Assembly: GCA_963710375.1 (NCBI GenBank)
Contig: CAVPZX010000003.1
Coordinates: 1 to 64,000 of the forward strand
Reading direction: 5' to 3'
DNA from: Nitrospirota bacterium
Lineage (GTDB): Bacteria > Nitrospirota > Thermodesulfovibrionia > Thermodesulfovibrionales > Dissulfurispiraceae
DNA length: 64,000 bases
Both the position numbers and the translations under genes were made by a program. Each line of letters starts with the position of its first letter. Within the stretch, counting starts at the first letter, position 1. Positions 20,542 to 30,782 of this stretch are shown piece after piece. The notes below the pieces were generated by a model. That model did no database searches. It saw nothing but the letters and a program-made list of their open reading frames with translations, and was not told the DNA's origin.

Positions 20542-21230
20542 GGAAGTGGGCCGAGAGTGCCGGGCATGCCATCGAGGGGATACTCTATGCTGCCAAAACC
20601 CAGCGCCACCTGCGCTACCATCTCTATACTGCGGCGTTTGTCCTTGTATTGATTTATATCTTCGGCGTGACCAGGACTGACTTCCTGATCATCGCCATAG
20701 CAGTGGTCCTGGTTCTCCTTGCAGAAATGGTCAATACCTCAATTGAGTATGTAGTTGATTTGTTGTCGCCAGAACACAGTGAGAGTGCCCGGACCGCGAA
20801 AGACGTTGCCGCTGGTGCAGTGCTGATTACCGCTTTCGGTGCAGCCGTTATCGGGTACATCATAATGTTCCCTTATTTCAGCACGGCATTTCAGAAAGGT
20901 ATATACATAGCAAAACATTCGAAGGAAGAGATTTCCCTTATAGCGATTATTCTTATATTGATTACGGTCATTGTGCTGAAATCATATTTCGGCAAAGGGC
21001 ATCCGCTTCGCGGCGGTATGCCCAGCGGCCACGCTGCCATGGCTTTTTCCATCTGGATAGCCATAACCTATAGCACCGAAAGTTTCGCGGCCTCCCTGCT
21101 TTCCGGGGTGTTGGCAGTCCTTATTGCTCAGAGCAGAATCACTGTGAGGGCACACAGCCCTATAGAAGTTATTACCGGCGCTGTATTGGGCGCAGGCATT
21201 ACTCTCCTGCTCTTTTTTATCTTTTATTAA
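20532..21230 (+). CDS. dgkA: DgkA-type lipid kinase fused to PAP2 phosphatase domain
   Basis: AEMVNTSIE...AKDVAAGAV then GGMPSGHA...QSR...HSPIEV. Confidence 0.88.
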   Translation: MPLRKWAESAGHAIEGILYAAKTQRHLRYHLYTAAFVLVLIYIFGVTRTDFLIIAIAVVLVLLAEMVNTSIEYVVDLLSPEHSESARTAKDVAAGAVLITAFGAAVIGYIIMFPYFSTAFQKGIYIAKHSKEEISLIAIILILITVIVLKSYFGKGHPLRGGMPSGHAAMAFSIWIAITYSTESFAASLLSGVLAVLIAQSRITVRAHSPIEVITGAVLGAGITLLLFFIFY

Positions 21231-22960
21231 GGGCCCGCGAAGCAGTCAAGGGCTGGACCCGGAAATGCCGGCTGAGTGCAAATACACGTGCTTTCAAAGT
21301 CGTCACCGGCCGACAGTTTTATCGGCGCATTTTTTTGTAAGCCGGCGCTATCAGCCAACCAGGATTCAAATCGCTCTTGATTTTCGATTACAACCTGATG
21401 GGGGTAACACGCGTAGGCTTGATCAAGATGGAATTTTACCCCTTCGAAATCATTGCGTGCTGCGTCAATACATGCATGTAAATTGTGTACCAGCCCCGGC
21501 AGGAAAAATCCCAGCTCAACTGCCCGCCGCAGGTGGCGCTCGGCTGCATCCGGATTTCCCTCACGAAGGTAGGCGCGACACAAATCCACGTGAACTAAAT
21601 GCATTTCAGGCAGCCGGGCTGAAACCGCCTGATATTCTTCAACGCCGTATCTCCAGAAGTTCTGAATGCCTGCCATGGCGCTGAGAGATTTACGAATTTG
21701 TTTTTCATCATCTTTGCGGCCGGCAAAACAGGTAAGACAAAAAAAATCCCTGGCAAAAAACATTTCGGGCGATACGAATCCCTGTTTTTCAAAAATGTCA
21801 AACTCTTCCGTTCCAGGATAAAGATGGAGCTGTGAAAAGACGAATTGATTGGGTTTAGCCCTGTTGATAAAATCCAGGCTCTGTTGGAATGTCTCCCGAG
21901 TTTCTCCCCGGTTCCCCACCATCATATAGTATCGGATTTGAATGCCGAATTTTTTTGCTGCCAGTGTCACATCGTGAACCTGGTCCAGAGACAGCCTTTT
22001 TTTAATATTTTTCAAAATAATGTTTGAAGCAGATTCCACACCCACGCTGATCCTTGTGCATCCCGAGCGTCGCATCTCGTATAACAGCTCTTCATCCAGA
22101 TAGTCTGCCCTGGTATCGCAGCTCCAGATAAATTCAAGTTGCCGTTTTCTGATCCCCTCACAAATGGCCAGTACCCTGGGCTTGTTTGCAGTGAATGTAT
22201 CATCTTTGAACGAGATAATCCGTTGACCATACCGTTTAATCGCCGTCTCCAACATTTCCAGCACGTAATCCGCTGAGTGGAATCGCACCCGCTTTCCCCA
22301 CATCAGGCTGCTGCTGCAGAATGTGCAGTGCATCGGACACCCGCGGGAGGTAAGAATGGTGCGCAGTTTAAAATAGTCAAATGGTGAGGCCAATGCGTCA
22401 ATATTACGGATCAGCTCTCGATACGGACCGAGTTCATACCCATTCAGACCTCGCCATGCTGTTCCGGGAATCCCCTGGACCGGCTTATTTTCCTGGAGGC
22501 ATCGAATGATGTCCAGGAACGTTTGCTCCCCCTCGCCGATTACTACGGTATCGATAGCCTGAATATGTCGAAGGGTTTCAGCTGGCAACGCCGTGACATG
22601 CGGTCCGCCGACTACAATGTGAGATCCGGGATGAATGTCCCGGATCAACTGCGCCAACATCGCAACCCCGCGCCGGTTCGCTGTCATGCATGAAAGCCCG
22701 AACAGGTCTGCATCCAGACGATTAATAAGGACCTCGATAGCCGGCCAGGAGAAATTGGAAATATTAAATATCAGGACGCTCAGTCCGTTCCTCAATGCTT
22801 GCGCGGCCAGGGACAGCAGCCCGTATGGCGCTTGTATAAAGTCGCCTTCATCGACAGCCGAGGCATCCACATTGTCCGGCGCCCCTTCTCCAGGGGGATA
22901 GGCTGGATAGCCATCCGGCGGAATTTTCCATGGCGGAGCGTATAACAGGACAATCTTCAT
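21227..22960 (-). CDS. Cobalamin-binding radical SAM enzyme with C-terminal TPR-like region
   Basis: IVVGGPHVT, GEGE, SRGCPMHCTFC (CxxxCxxC), GVES. Confidence 0.92.
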   Translation of the reverse strand: MKIVLLYAPPWKIPPDGYPAYPPGEGAPDNVDASAVDEGDFIQAPYGLLSLAAQALRNGLSVLIFNISNFSWPAIEVLINRLDADLFGLSCMTANRRGVAMLAQLIRDIHPGSHIVVGGPHVTALPAETLRHIQAIDTVVIGEGEQTFLDIIRCLQENKPVQGIPGTAWRGLNGYELGPYRELIRNIDALASPFDYFKLRTILTSRGCPMHCTFCSSSLMWGKRVRFHSADYVLEMLETAIKRYGQRIISFKDDTFTANKPRVLAICEGIRKRQLEFIWSCDTRADYLDEELLYEMRRSGCTRISVGVESASNIILKNIKKRLSLDQVHDVTLAAKKFGIQIRYYMMVGNRGETRETFQQSLDFINRAKPNQFVFSQLHLYPGTEEFDIFEKQGFVSPEMFFARDFFCLTCFAGRKDDEKQIRKSLSAMAGIQNFWRYGVEEYQAVSARLPEMHLVHVDLCRAYLREGNPDAAERHLRRAVELGFFLPGLVHNLHACIDAARNDFEGVKFHLDQAYACYPHQVVIENQERFESWLADSAGLQKNAPIKLSAGDDFESTCICTQPAFPGPALDCFAGP

Positions 22961-23015
22961 TGCTGTTTATCCAGCGTCCTAGTAAGGTTCGAATGATTCG
23001 AAATAGCTTTAGGGA

Positions 23016-24131
23016 CTATGTATATCCCCATAAAATATATCGATTCACTTCAATTCCAACATCGGATTGGCCGATGATTTTTTTGATGCGAAACTCCTCC
23101 ATGCGACAATCCCGAAAAAGTGGGTTTGTCCGCGGTGTTCCGGACACACCCACCACACTCTTCAGCACGGGATATTGGACCTCTTCTCCGACTTGAGTAA
23201 CCACGGCAATTTCCCCATTGTTGAGCTCTGCAAAAGTTCCGGGAGGATACATTCCTACTTTTTTAATCAGCAGTTTAACAATACTGCCGTCAATTTTTTG
23301 CGGTGTCTCTAAAAAAAGATTACGAAGCGCATTACTGGGTAAAAGTGGTTTACGATAGCCGCGAGAGGATATTTTCGCACAATATAAATCTCCCATAGCC
23401 ACAACACGCGCAGGCACAGAGATATCATCGCTTTTCAAAGCCCCTGGATATCCGCTCCCATCAAGCCGTTCATGGTGACTAAGCACCGCGTCAAGCCACA
23501 GTTGATCCGTCACCCCTCGCCCCCGCAATATATCGAATCCGCGTGCTGGATGGTTCTGTATTTCCTGTCTTTGCTGCTCACTCAACGGCACCTTCTGAGA
23601 GTGCAAAATTTCCTGCAACTGGTACATGGCTATGTTCATGGTGAGTGCTGCTGCAATTGTCGACATCCGCTCCTCTGGAGGCCATCCAAGGGCTTGCAAA
23701 GTCACCTCGCACATCAATGCAGTATGAACGGAATGTATGAACGGATATTTGTTTTTTTCACAGAAGAGCAATGCGGCCAATGATGCATTGGCATCCTGTT
23801 CGTAAGACTGTTGCAGTATTTTGACTATGTCCCTGATTCCTGGCGAAAAGTTTTTTTCCTCTTCGCCCCTGCAAAAAATAATTTCCAGGCGCTCGTATGC
23901 GTCAGCAAATGCTTCAAACGGACACCTATTCGGATGTTCAACGTCAGTGAAATCCTCCCCTTTTATGCTATGTATATATAGTCCGCGATTAAGAAGGGCG
24001 TTGAGCTGGAACTCCGATTGAAGAATGGAACCCTCTTTTAAGAGTAGCTTGTTATTCGCATCAAAGGCATCCCATTGCAAGGGTTTTCCAATAATGATAT
24101 CTCCATGTTTTACACGTTTCTTCTGCATCAT
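23016..24131 (-). CDS. HD-GYP-domain protein with degenerate HD motif
   Basis: HSVHTA, AALTMNIAM (HD replaced by MN), HHERLDGSGYP, GMYPPG. Confidence 0.85.
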   Translation of the reverse strand: MMQKKRVKHGDIIIGKPLQWDAFDANNKLLLKEGSILQSEFQLNALLNRGLYIHSIKGEDFTDVEHPNRCPFEAFADAYERLEIIFCRGEEEKNFSPGIRDIVKILQQSYEQDANASLAALLFCEKNKYPFIHSVHTALMCEVTLQALGWPPEERMSTIAAALTMNIAMYQLQEILHSQKVPLSEQQRQEIQNHPARGFDILRGRGVTDQLWLDAVLSHHERLDGSGYPGALKSDDISVPARVVAMGDLYCAKISSRGYRKPLLPSNALRNLFLETPQKIDGSIVKLLIKKVGMYPPGTFAELNNGEIAVVTQVGEEVQYPVLKSVVGVSGTPRTNPLFRDCRMEEFRIKKIIGQSDVGIEVNRYILWGYT

Positions 24132-24352
24132 CGCTCTCGAATGTTGCGAAAATTTGAGGCAACATTGCTACCTTGCTGTAATAGCGCATTATCACTTTGC
24201 TGTTTAGGATTTGTCAAGGCAAAGGATATCGGAGAACATCTCATTTCTGAGAAATGCTCATTGCTGCCAATTTGAGGATGTGACTCGCCGTGTATGTTTC
24301 TTATTGCTCCTGGACAGGCTATAATTAGATAAACACTCAAAGGAGGCGACGG

Positions 24353-24736
24353 ATGAACCAGCTTTCGAAATACACCGACCAGGCTTATGCATTAATGCGC
24401 ATCGTAGCGGGGTTTATGTACTCATTTCATGGAGCCCAAAAAATTCTCGGTTTTCTGAGCGATTTCCAGCCTGCGATAGGTTCCCAACTCTGGTTTGGCG
24501 GGCTTATAGAATTGATTTGTGGTCTGCTGGTGGTGGTGGGTTTCCGGACCCGCTGGGCGGCTTTCCTTGCCAGCGGTGAAATGGCTGTAGCTTATTTCCA
24601 GTTTCACTGGAAGCTCCAACTTGGCCCGAATTTTTTTCCGACCATCAACAAAGGCGAACTGGCGGTCCTATATTGTTTCGTATTTCTATTTATCGCTTGC
24701 CGCGGCGGCGCCATCTGGTGCCTGGATAAGAAATAG
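24353..24736 (+). CDS. DoxX-family membrane protein
   Basis: LMRIVAG...HGAQK...GFRTRWAAFLASGEMAVAY...GELAVLYC. Confidence 0.92.
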   Translation: MNQLSKYTDQAYALMRIVAGFMYSFHGAQKILGFLSDFQPAIGSQLWFGGLIELICGLLVVVGFRTRWAAFLASGEMAVAYFQFHWKLQLGPNFFPTINKGELAVLYCFVFLFIACRGGAIWCLDKK

Positions 24737-24762
24737 GGATTGGTATTGTAAATCCAGAGAGC

Positions 24763-24791
24763 TTGCTTTTTTTATAAAACTTTACTATATT
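24763..24791 (+). promoter_or_regulatory. Putative sigma70 promoter giving a leaderless flagellin-like mRNA
   Basis: TTGCTT-17nt-TATATT, ATG 7 nt downstream, no SD. Confidence 0.5.
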
Positions 24792-24797
24792 TAATTT

Positions 24798-25604
24798 ATG
24801 ATTAATTTGGACAATAACAATCCCGTGCAAAATTCTATAAACAATATTTCAAATCAGCTTTTACAATCGATTAATAACATTTCAAGCGGCAATACGCTTT
24901 ATGATTCATCAGCTAATCCTGCCGACTATACAATATCCGAGAGTTTGCTGACACAACTTAACGGTTCTCAACAAGCAGAAAACAATGTTGAAAATGGAAT
25001 GAATCTGTTAAATACCGCTTTTGGTGGAATGTCGGCGGCCACTAATGCCCTCGAAACTATGAACAACCTTGCGATAGAGGCTGGAAACGGCACCCTGAAC
25101 TCTGCCGATCTGAGTGCTATTAATACAGAATATCAACAGATGAACGCAGAAGTTGGTGGTATAGCACAAAACACCGAATTTAATGGAACTCAACTTCTCA
25201 ATGGAACTACTTCATCAGTAAGCCTGCAGTCCGGCGCCGGTGCGGGTAACCAGACCGGTTCGACAACAGGAAATATTACACCGGAAAATCTTGGACTGGC
25301 TGGAACAAACACCGAAACTCAAGCAAATTCACAGTCAGCCATATCTGCAACCGAGAGCGCTTTAGAAAATGTTTCATCGCAGCAGGCAATCATAGGTGCT
25401 GAACAAAATGGGCTTACATCAACTGTTGCAAATCTTAGTAATAGTGCTCTAAATACTGAGAGTACTCTTTCACAGATAAGTGGCTCAAATATTTCGTCAG
25501 AAGCCTCTAATTTGACGGAAAGTGAAATAAAGCTGCAGACTTCGATTTATGCTTTGTATGCCCAAAATCAACAAAAAGGGCAAATCCTGAGTTTACTCGC
25601 TTAA
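24798..25604 (+). CDS. Flagellin-like protein (minimal D0/D1), Arg-free
   Basis: NISSG, ANPA, NVENGMNLLNTAFGGM, LAIEAGNGTL, NTEFNGTQLL, IGAEQN, ILSLL follow the flagellin N- and C-terminal pattern. Confidence 0.85.
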   Translation: MINLDNNNPVQNSINNISNQLLQSINNISSGNTLYDSSANPADYTISESLLTQLNGSQQAENNVENGMNLLNTAFGGMSAATNALETMNNLAIEAGNGTLNSADLSAINTEYQQMNAEVGGIAQNTEFNGTQLLNGTTSSVSLQSGAGAGNQTGSTTGNITPENLGLAGTNTETQANSQSAISATESALENVSSQQAIIGAEQNGLTSTVANLSNSALNTESTLSQISGSNISSEASNLTESEIKLQTSIYALYAQNQQKGQILSLLA

Positions 25605-25704
25605 GATGTAATTGCCGCACAACTTGACCTGACAGACAGTGTACCTAAAGTCCCGTTCTCGCCAGTGCAAGTTTCATTCGGAAATGCTCATAAGGAGAGA
25701 AGCT

Positions 25705-26721
25705 GTGATAGTCGTAATGAAAATTGGGGCAACGGAAGCGGAGTTGAAACTCGTCTGCAAAAAAGCTGAGGAACTGGATTTCGCCACCCACGTAATCTAC
25801 GGTAAGGAGAGAAACGTTGTAGGCCTCATCGGGGTCTCCGGCAACAGGGAAGGGGTAAGCATAATAGAAGAACTGCCGGGCGTTGACAAAGTAGTGCCGA
25901 TTTCAAAACCTTACAAGCTCGCCAGTCGCGAGGTGAAGGAAGATGCCTCGATAGTAGATGTGGCAGGCGTGAAGTTCGGCGGCGAGGATTTCATCGTTAT
26001 TGCCGGCCCATGTTCGGTCGAGAGAGAAGACCAGATTGTGAGCGCTGCAGTAAAAGTAAAGGAAGCGGGAGCCCGGATGCTGAGGGGCGGCGCCTTTAAG
26101 CCCAGGACGAGTCCGTATTCATTTAGGGGTCTGGGAGAGGACGGGTTGAGACTACTTGCCAAAGCCCGTGAGGCTACCGGCTTGCCTATCGTGACCGAGG
26201 TTGTTGATCCAAAAGACATCGACTTAGTCAATAAGTATGCCGATATGTTCCAGGTGGGCGCCCGCAATATCCAGAACTTCGCCCTGCTTTCCCTGCTGGG
26301 GCAGGCACGGAAGCCTATTCTCCTTAAGAGAGGACCTGCGACCACTATTGATGAGTTCCTCATGGCCGCTGAGTACATCCTTTCCGAAAACAACCGTGAC
26401 CTTGTGCTCTGTGAAAGGGGCATCAGGACTTTCGAGACCGCCACAAGAAATACTCTCGATGTAAGCTGCGTGCCGGTGGTGAAGGCAAAATCTCACCTGC
26501 CAATAATTATCGACCCCAGCCATGCGGCCGGCCAGGCGCGCTACGTCCCGGCCCTGTCCAAGGCGGCTGTTGCTGTCGGGGCTGACGGGCTTATTATTGA
26601 GGTGCATCCTGATCCTGAAAAAGCCCTCTGCGATGGCCCTCAGTCTCTGAACCCAACTCAATTTGCTGTCTTAATGCATGAGATGAAGGCTATAGCGGCC
26701 GCGGTGGGAAGGCGGATTTGA
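25705..26721 (+). CDS. aroF: DAHP synthase (type I-beta, N-terminal regulatory domain)
   Basis: IAGPCSVE, GGAFKPRTSPY, QVGARN, LCERGIRTF, IDPSH; GTG 25705 after AAGGAG. Confidence 0.95.
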   Translation: MIVVMKIGATEAELKLVCKKAEELDFATHVIYGKERNVVGLIGVSGNREGVSIIEELPGVDKVVPISKPYKLASREVKEDASIVDVAGVKFGGEDFIVIAGPCSVEREDQIVSAAVKVKEAGARMLRGGAFKPRTSPYSFRGLGEDGLRLLAKAREATGLPIVTEVVDPKDIDLVNKYADMFQVGARNIQNFALLSLLGQARKPILLKRGPATTIDEFLMAAEYILSENNRDLVLCERGIRTFETATRNTLDVSCVPVVKAKSHLPIIIDPSHAAGQARYVPALSKAAVAVGADGLIIEVHPDPEKALCDGPQSLNPTQFAVLMHEMKAIAAAVGRRI

Positions 26722-26729
26722 AAATTCTT

Positions 26730-27005
26730 TCACGGAACTCTAAGCACCACAATCGTAGCACCCCATCCGCCAGCATCGTCGCCGGCAAGTGAAAAAGAAA
26801 CGACCTCCGGCAGCCGTTTGAGAATGGCATGAACAGTCTCCCTCATTGAGCCGCTTCCTTTCCCATGAATAATGCGGATCTGGAGAATGCCTTTCGCCCT
26901 GCAAGCGGCCAGATAGTGTGGAACGAGTTCCTTTACGTCACCTGGCAGAAAGCTGTGCAGGTCCAGCACACCGTCAACGGGGATTTCAACAGGTTCTTGC
27001 TCCAT
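26730..27005 (-). CDS. Smr/MutS2-domain protein
   Basis: LDLH, IIHGKGSG, GGWGAT. Confidence 0.93.
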   Translation of the reverse strand: MEQEPVEIPVDGVLDLHSFLPGDVKELVPHYLAACRAKGILQIRIIHGKGSGSMRETVHAILKRLPEVVSFSLAGDDAGGWGATIVVLRVP

Positions 27006-27020
27006 TGTTCTCTCTCCAGG

Positions 27021-27860
27021 TCAGTTGCTTGATGCCGGCTGGGGGCTGGTTGACGGCGGGACGGTTGCATCCGGACTAGCCGGGGCCGCGGGTGTTTCAT
27101 CCGGATTCTCATTCTGAGCAGGGGTTGTCATGATTTCCTCATACTGCGGGATGACGATGCCCCTTTTCACCATGATATTGTAGATGATCCTCGATCGGTT
27201 TGCGACATAGCGTTGCGTTCCGAGGGGATTAAATTTTATCGGGTTCGGCAGCACGGATGCAAGTCGCGCGGCCTCCTCCGGATCAAGCGCAGAAGCCGGC
27301 TTGCCATAATATGACCTTGAAGCAGCTTCTATACCGAATATCCCCTCTCCCCACTCAGCAATATTCAGGTAGAGTTCCAATATCCGCCGCTTTGTGAGTT
27401 TTTTCTCCATCCTCCATGTAAGAATTGCTTCTCTTATCTTTCGCAGTGGATTTTTTGAGGGGGAGAGGTAGAGATTTTTTGCGAGCTGCTGGCTTATAGT
27501 ACTCGCTCCAAACTTGAATTTTTTCTCCTTGATGTCCTTTTCCGCGGCTTTTTCTATTGCCTCAAAATCAAAGCCTTCATGATGCCAGAATTTGTCATCT
27601 TCGCCAATGAGTACCGCCTTTATTAAGAAAGGAGATATTTGCGATAGAGGTGTCCAGACCTGCCGTATTTTTATTTTCTTTCCCTCCCGCTGCCATTCTC
27701 TTTCCCTGTACTCCATGAAGGCGGTCTTTTTGATATACCCTTTCCTGAGTGCAGCCACATTGGGGAAGAAGAAATAATACGCGATACTCGCCAGCATTGC
27801 AGCCATAGAAAAGAGAAGAAGTTTAACGAGCCAAGTTCTGATATTCTTTTTGCGCCTCAT
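27021..27860 (-). CDS. mtgA: Monofunctional peptidoglycan transglycosylase
   Basis: EDDKFWHHEGFD, GASTISQQLAKNL, RKIRE, LELYLN. Confidence 0.93.
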   Translation of the reverse strand: MRRKKNIRTWLVKLLLFSMAAMLASIAYYFFFPNVAALRKGYIKKTAFMEYREREWQREGKKIKIRQVWTPLSQISPFLIKAVLIGEDDKFWHHEGFDFEAIEKAAEKDIKEKKFKFGASTISQQLAKNLYLSPSKNPLRKIREAILTWRMEKKLTKRRILELYLNIAEWGEGIFGIEAASRSYYGKPASALDPEEAARLASVLPNPIKFNPLGTQRYVANRSRIIYNIMVKRGIVIPQYEEIMTTPAQNENPDETPAAPASPDATVPPSTSPQPASSN

Positions 27861-27878
27861 CGTGAAGTTAATATAAAG

Positions 27879-28032
27879 TGACTGTTTTAATCCGGCAGGG
27901 TATGGTATTTGAGCGGTTTCGGCAGACCAGGTGAAGCCATGGATGGCGCAACGGGCTGCCGCCCTCGGAGACAGGCGGGATGCCTGTCGAGAATGAGCGA
28001 AAATACCATACCCTGCCGGATTAAAATAGTCA
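27879..28032. mobile_element. MITE-like element family B (154 bp)
   Basis: 32-bp near-perfect terminal IR TGACTGTTTTAATCCGGCAGGGTATGGTATTT / AAATACCATACCCTGCCGGATTAAAATAGTCA. Confidence 0.75.
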
Positions 28033-28037
28033 TAGCA

Positions 28038-29846
28038 CTACGTCCTGTCCGGCCTGGGCCTTTTTTGTGCCTCCAGAACTTTTTTCCTGAGCCTGACTGA
28101 TTGTGGAGTGACCTCAACCAACTCATCTTCCTTTATAAATTCGAGGGCCTGTTCCAGATTCAGCACACGGGGGGGGATCAACTGGATCGTATCATCAGCA
28201 CTTGCAGCGCGCATGTTCGTGAGCTTTTTCTCCTTTGTGACATTTACATCCAGATCGCTTTCACGGGCATTTTCTCCGATAATCATCCCCTCGTATACAG
28301 AGGTGTTTTCAGTGATAAAGAGCGTTCCCCTGGGCTGGAGATGAAAGAGGGCATAGGTAGTGGATTTGCCGGTCCTGTCGGCTACAAGGGCGCCTGTCTG
28401 TCTTTTTGAAAGATGGCCGTGCCAGGGCTCATACCCATCGAAGAGATGATTAAGGAGTCCTGTCCCCTTCGTGTCGGTGAGGAACTGGGAGCGGAACCCA
28501 ATGAGTCCCCTGGAAGGTATTCTGAATTCGAGCCGTACCCTGCCGTGGCCGTTATTCTGCATCTTCTGCATTCTCCCTTTTCTCATGCCCACCTGCTGTG
28601 TAACGACGCCTACAAATTCTTCAGGCACGTCAATAACCAGCACTTCCACGGGTTCGTGCAGGACGCCATTGATCATTTTGGTTATGGTTTCGGGCATAGA
28701 TACGGAGAGCTCATAGCCCTCACGCCGCATCATTTCAATAAGGATGGCAAGTTGCAATTCACCGCGTCCCATCACCTTGAAGGAATCGGGCACATCGAAA
28801 TCAACTTTTATCGCCACATTGTAGAGCAATTCTTTTTCGAGGCGCTCCCTGAGATGTCTGGATGTGACGTACGTTCCCTCCCTGCCGCCGAATGGGGAGG
28901 TATTCACTGAAAAGACCATTGATATTGTAGGCTCATCAACTATTATCCTCGGCAGAGGCTTCGGGGTTTCTATACTTGTGATAGTGTCTCCGATATTAAT
29001 TCCTTCGATGCCGGCAAGAGCTACGATCTCGCCAACTGCCGCCTCTTTCGCGTCCTTGCGTTCAAGGCCCTGGAAGGTGTAGAGTGAGGTGACCTTGGTC
29101 CTGATTATCGCGTCGCTGCTATTTACCATCGCAACATAATCTCCAACCCTTACAGTGCCTGAAAACACACGCCCGATTGCAAGCCTTCCGACATAATCAT
29201 TGTAGTCGATATTCGTAACAAGGAGTTGCAAGACGGCAAGTGGATCGCCCCCGGGCGCGGGTATTGTACTGAGGATGAGATCAAAAAGCGGTTTAAGGTT
29301 TTCTCCCTCGCCGTGTACATCGAGTTGGGCTGTACCTCTCTTTGCGTTAGTGTAGACTATTGGAAATTCGAGTTGTGTTTCGCTTGCGTCAAGATCGATG
29401 AAAAGGTCGTACACTTCATTGAGCACTTCCTGTATCCTGGCGTCGGGACGGTCAATCTTGTTAATGACCAGTATCGGCGGCAGATTAAGTTCGAGGGCCT
29501 TCTTGAGGACAAATCGTGTTTGCGGGAGCGGGCCTTCAGAGGCATCGACAAGCAGCAGCACCCCGTCTACCATTTTCAGCGTCCTTTCTACTTCACCTCC
29601 GAAATCAGCATGGCCGGGAGTATCTACAATATTTATTTTTGTGCGGTTATATTCCACGGCGGTATTTTTTGCCATTATTGTAATGCCGCGCTCACGTTCG
29701 AGGTCTATATTGTCCATAACTCTTTCCTGCACCCTCTCGTTCACGCGGAATGTCCCGGCCTGCCTGAGCAGGCCGTCGACAAGGGTGGTCTTGCCATGGT
29801 CAACGTGTGCAATTATAGCAATATTTCTCAGATTATCGTATTCCAT
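28038..29846 (-). CDS. typA: Translational GTPase TypA/BipA
   Basis: [36 protein letters not shown]. Confidence 0.98.
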   Translation of the reverse strand: MEYDNLRNIAIIAHVDHGKTTLVDGLLRQAGTFRVNERVQERVMDNIDLERERGITIMAKNTAVEYNRTKINIVDTPGHADFGGEVERTLKMVDGVLLLVDASEGPLPQTRFVLKKALELNLPPILVINKIDRPDARIQEVLNEVYDLFIDLDASETQLEFPIVYTNAKRGTAQLDVHGEGENLKPLFDLILSTIPAPGGDPLAVLQLLVTNIDYNDYVGRLAIGRVFSGTVRVGDYVAMVNSSDAIIRTKVTSLYTFQGLERKDAKEAAVGEIVALAGIEGINIGDTITSIETPKPLPRIIVDEPTISMVFSVNTSPFGGREGTYVTSRHLRERLEKELLYNVAIKVDFDVPDSFKVMGRGELQLAILIEMMRREGYELSVSMPETITKMINGVLHEPVEVLVIDVPEEFVGVVTQQVGMRKGRMQKMQNNGHGRVRLEFRIPSRGLIGFRSQFLTDTKGTGLLNHLFDGYEPWHGHLSKRQTGALVADRTGKSTTYALFHLQPRGTLFITENTSVYEGMIIGENARESDLDVNVTKEKKLTNMRAASADDTIQLIPPRVLNLEQALEFIKEDELVEVTPQSVRLRKKVLEAQKRPRPDRT

Positions 29847-29972
29847 TTGATCCTCACAAAATCTCGTATTTGTCTGATGTCACAGACCGCCAGCCAACGC
29901 TGTACCACTGAATTATGAAATTACTGAAGAAGGAAATCTGGTGGGCTGCAGACTTTATATATTATACTTTAT

Positions 29973-30782
29973 TCAACGTCGTAAATACCATTGCAATATG
30001 ACCTTGCCGAAGAACAATGTTGCCAGTGCGCCAAGCGCAAGGAACGGTCCGAAGGGTATTTTAGACTTCCTCCCTTTTCCTTTTGCGACCATAAGAAAGA
30101 TGCCCACCAGAGAGCCGCTCAGGCTGCCTATAAATGTGGTAAGGAAAATTGCCTTCCACCCCATGAACGCACCTACCATTGCCATCATCTTGATATCACC
30201 GCCTCCCATACCCCCCCTGCTTATGAGGGCGATCAGGTAGAACAGCCCGCCGCCGAGCAGCAGGCCGGTAAGAGCATTAACAAAGCCGACAATTGAATGG
30301 CTGAGGACTGAGGGCTGAAGGCTAAAGGCTGAACGATGGACGCTGAAAGGGTCCGGCAGCACAAATGATGCTGACAGGAGACCTATGACGATGCCGGGCA
30401 GCGTTATCGAATCCGGTATGACTTGAAAATCGAGGTCTATAAACGTTATAACCACCAGCGAAGATACGAGCGCACAAATGAACAGCACATGCCAGCCAAG
30501 GCCGAAGGAGGTTACGACAGACCAGTACAACACCCCGTTGAGCAATTCTACCAGAGGATAACGTAATGATATCGGCCCCCCGCAGCTTCTGCATTTTCCT
30601 CCCAGCAGGATATAACTCACCAGGGGGATATTGTCCCACGGCCTGATCGGCGCATCGCAACCGGGGCAAGCGGAGGGGGGGCTTATAATCGAGAGCGACC
30701 GTGGAATCCGGTAGATGCAAACATTGAGAAATGAGCCGACGATCAGACCGAGGATAAAGAATATAATTTGTGTATGGCTCAC
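29973..30782 (-). CDS. pilD: Prepilin peptidase/N-methyltransferase
   Basis: GSFLNVCIYR, CPGC, CRSC, FIDLD, GMGGGDIK, IPFGPFL. Confidence 0.95.
   Translation of the reverse strand: MSHTQIIFFILGLIVGSFLNVCIYRIPRSLSIISPPSACPGCDAPIRPWDNIPLVSYILLGGKCRSCGGPISLRYPLVELLNGVLYWSVVTSFGLGWHVLFICALVSSLVVITFIDLDFQVIPDSITLPGIVIGLLSASFVLPDPFSVHRSAFSLQPSVLSHSIVGFVNALTGLLLGGGLFYLIALISRGGMGGGDIKMMAMVGAFMGWKAIFLTTFIGSLSGSLVGIFLMVAKGKGRKSKIPFGPFLALGALATLFFGKVILQWYLRR
30294..30349. repeat. In-frame heptamer tract inside pilD
   Basis: ctgagga ctgaggg ctgaagg ctaaagg ctgaacg atggacg ctgaaag; encodes FSVHRSAFSLQPSVLSHS on the minus strand. Confidence 0.8.

Noticed and set aside
29226..29918. 230-aa plus-strand ORF
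   Set aside because: Antisense shadow of typA
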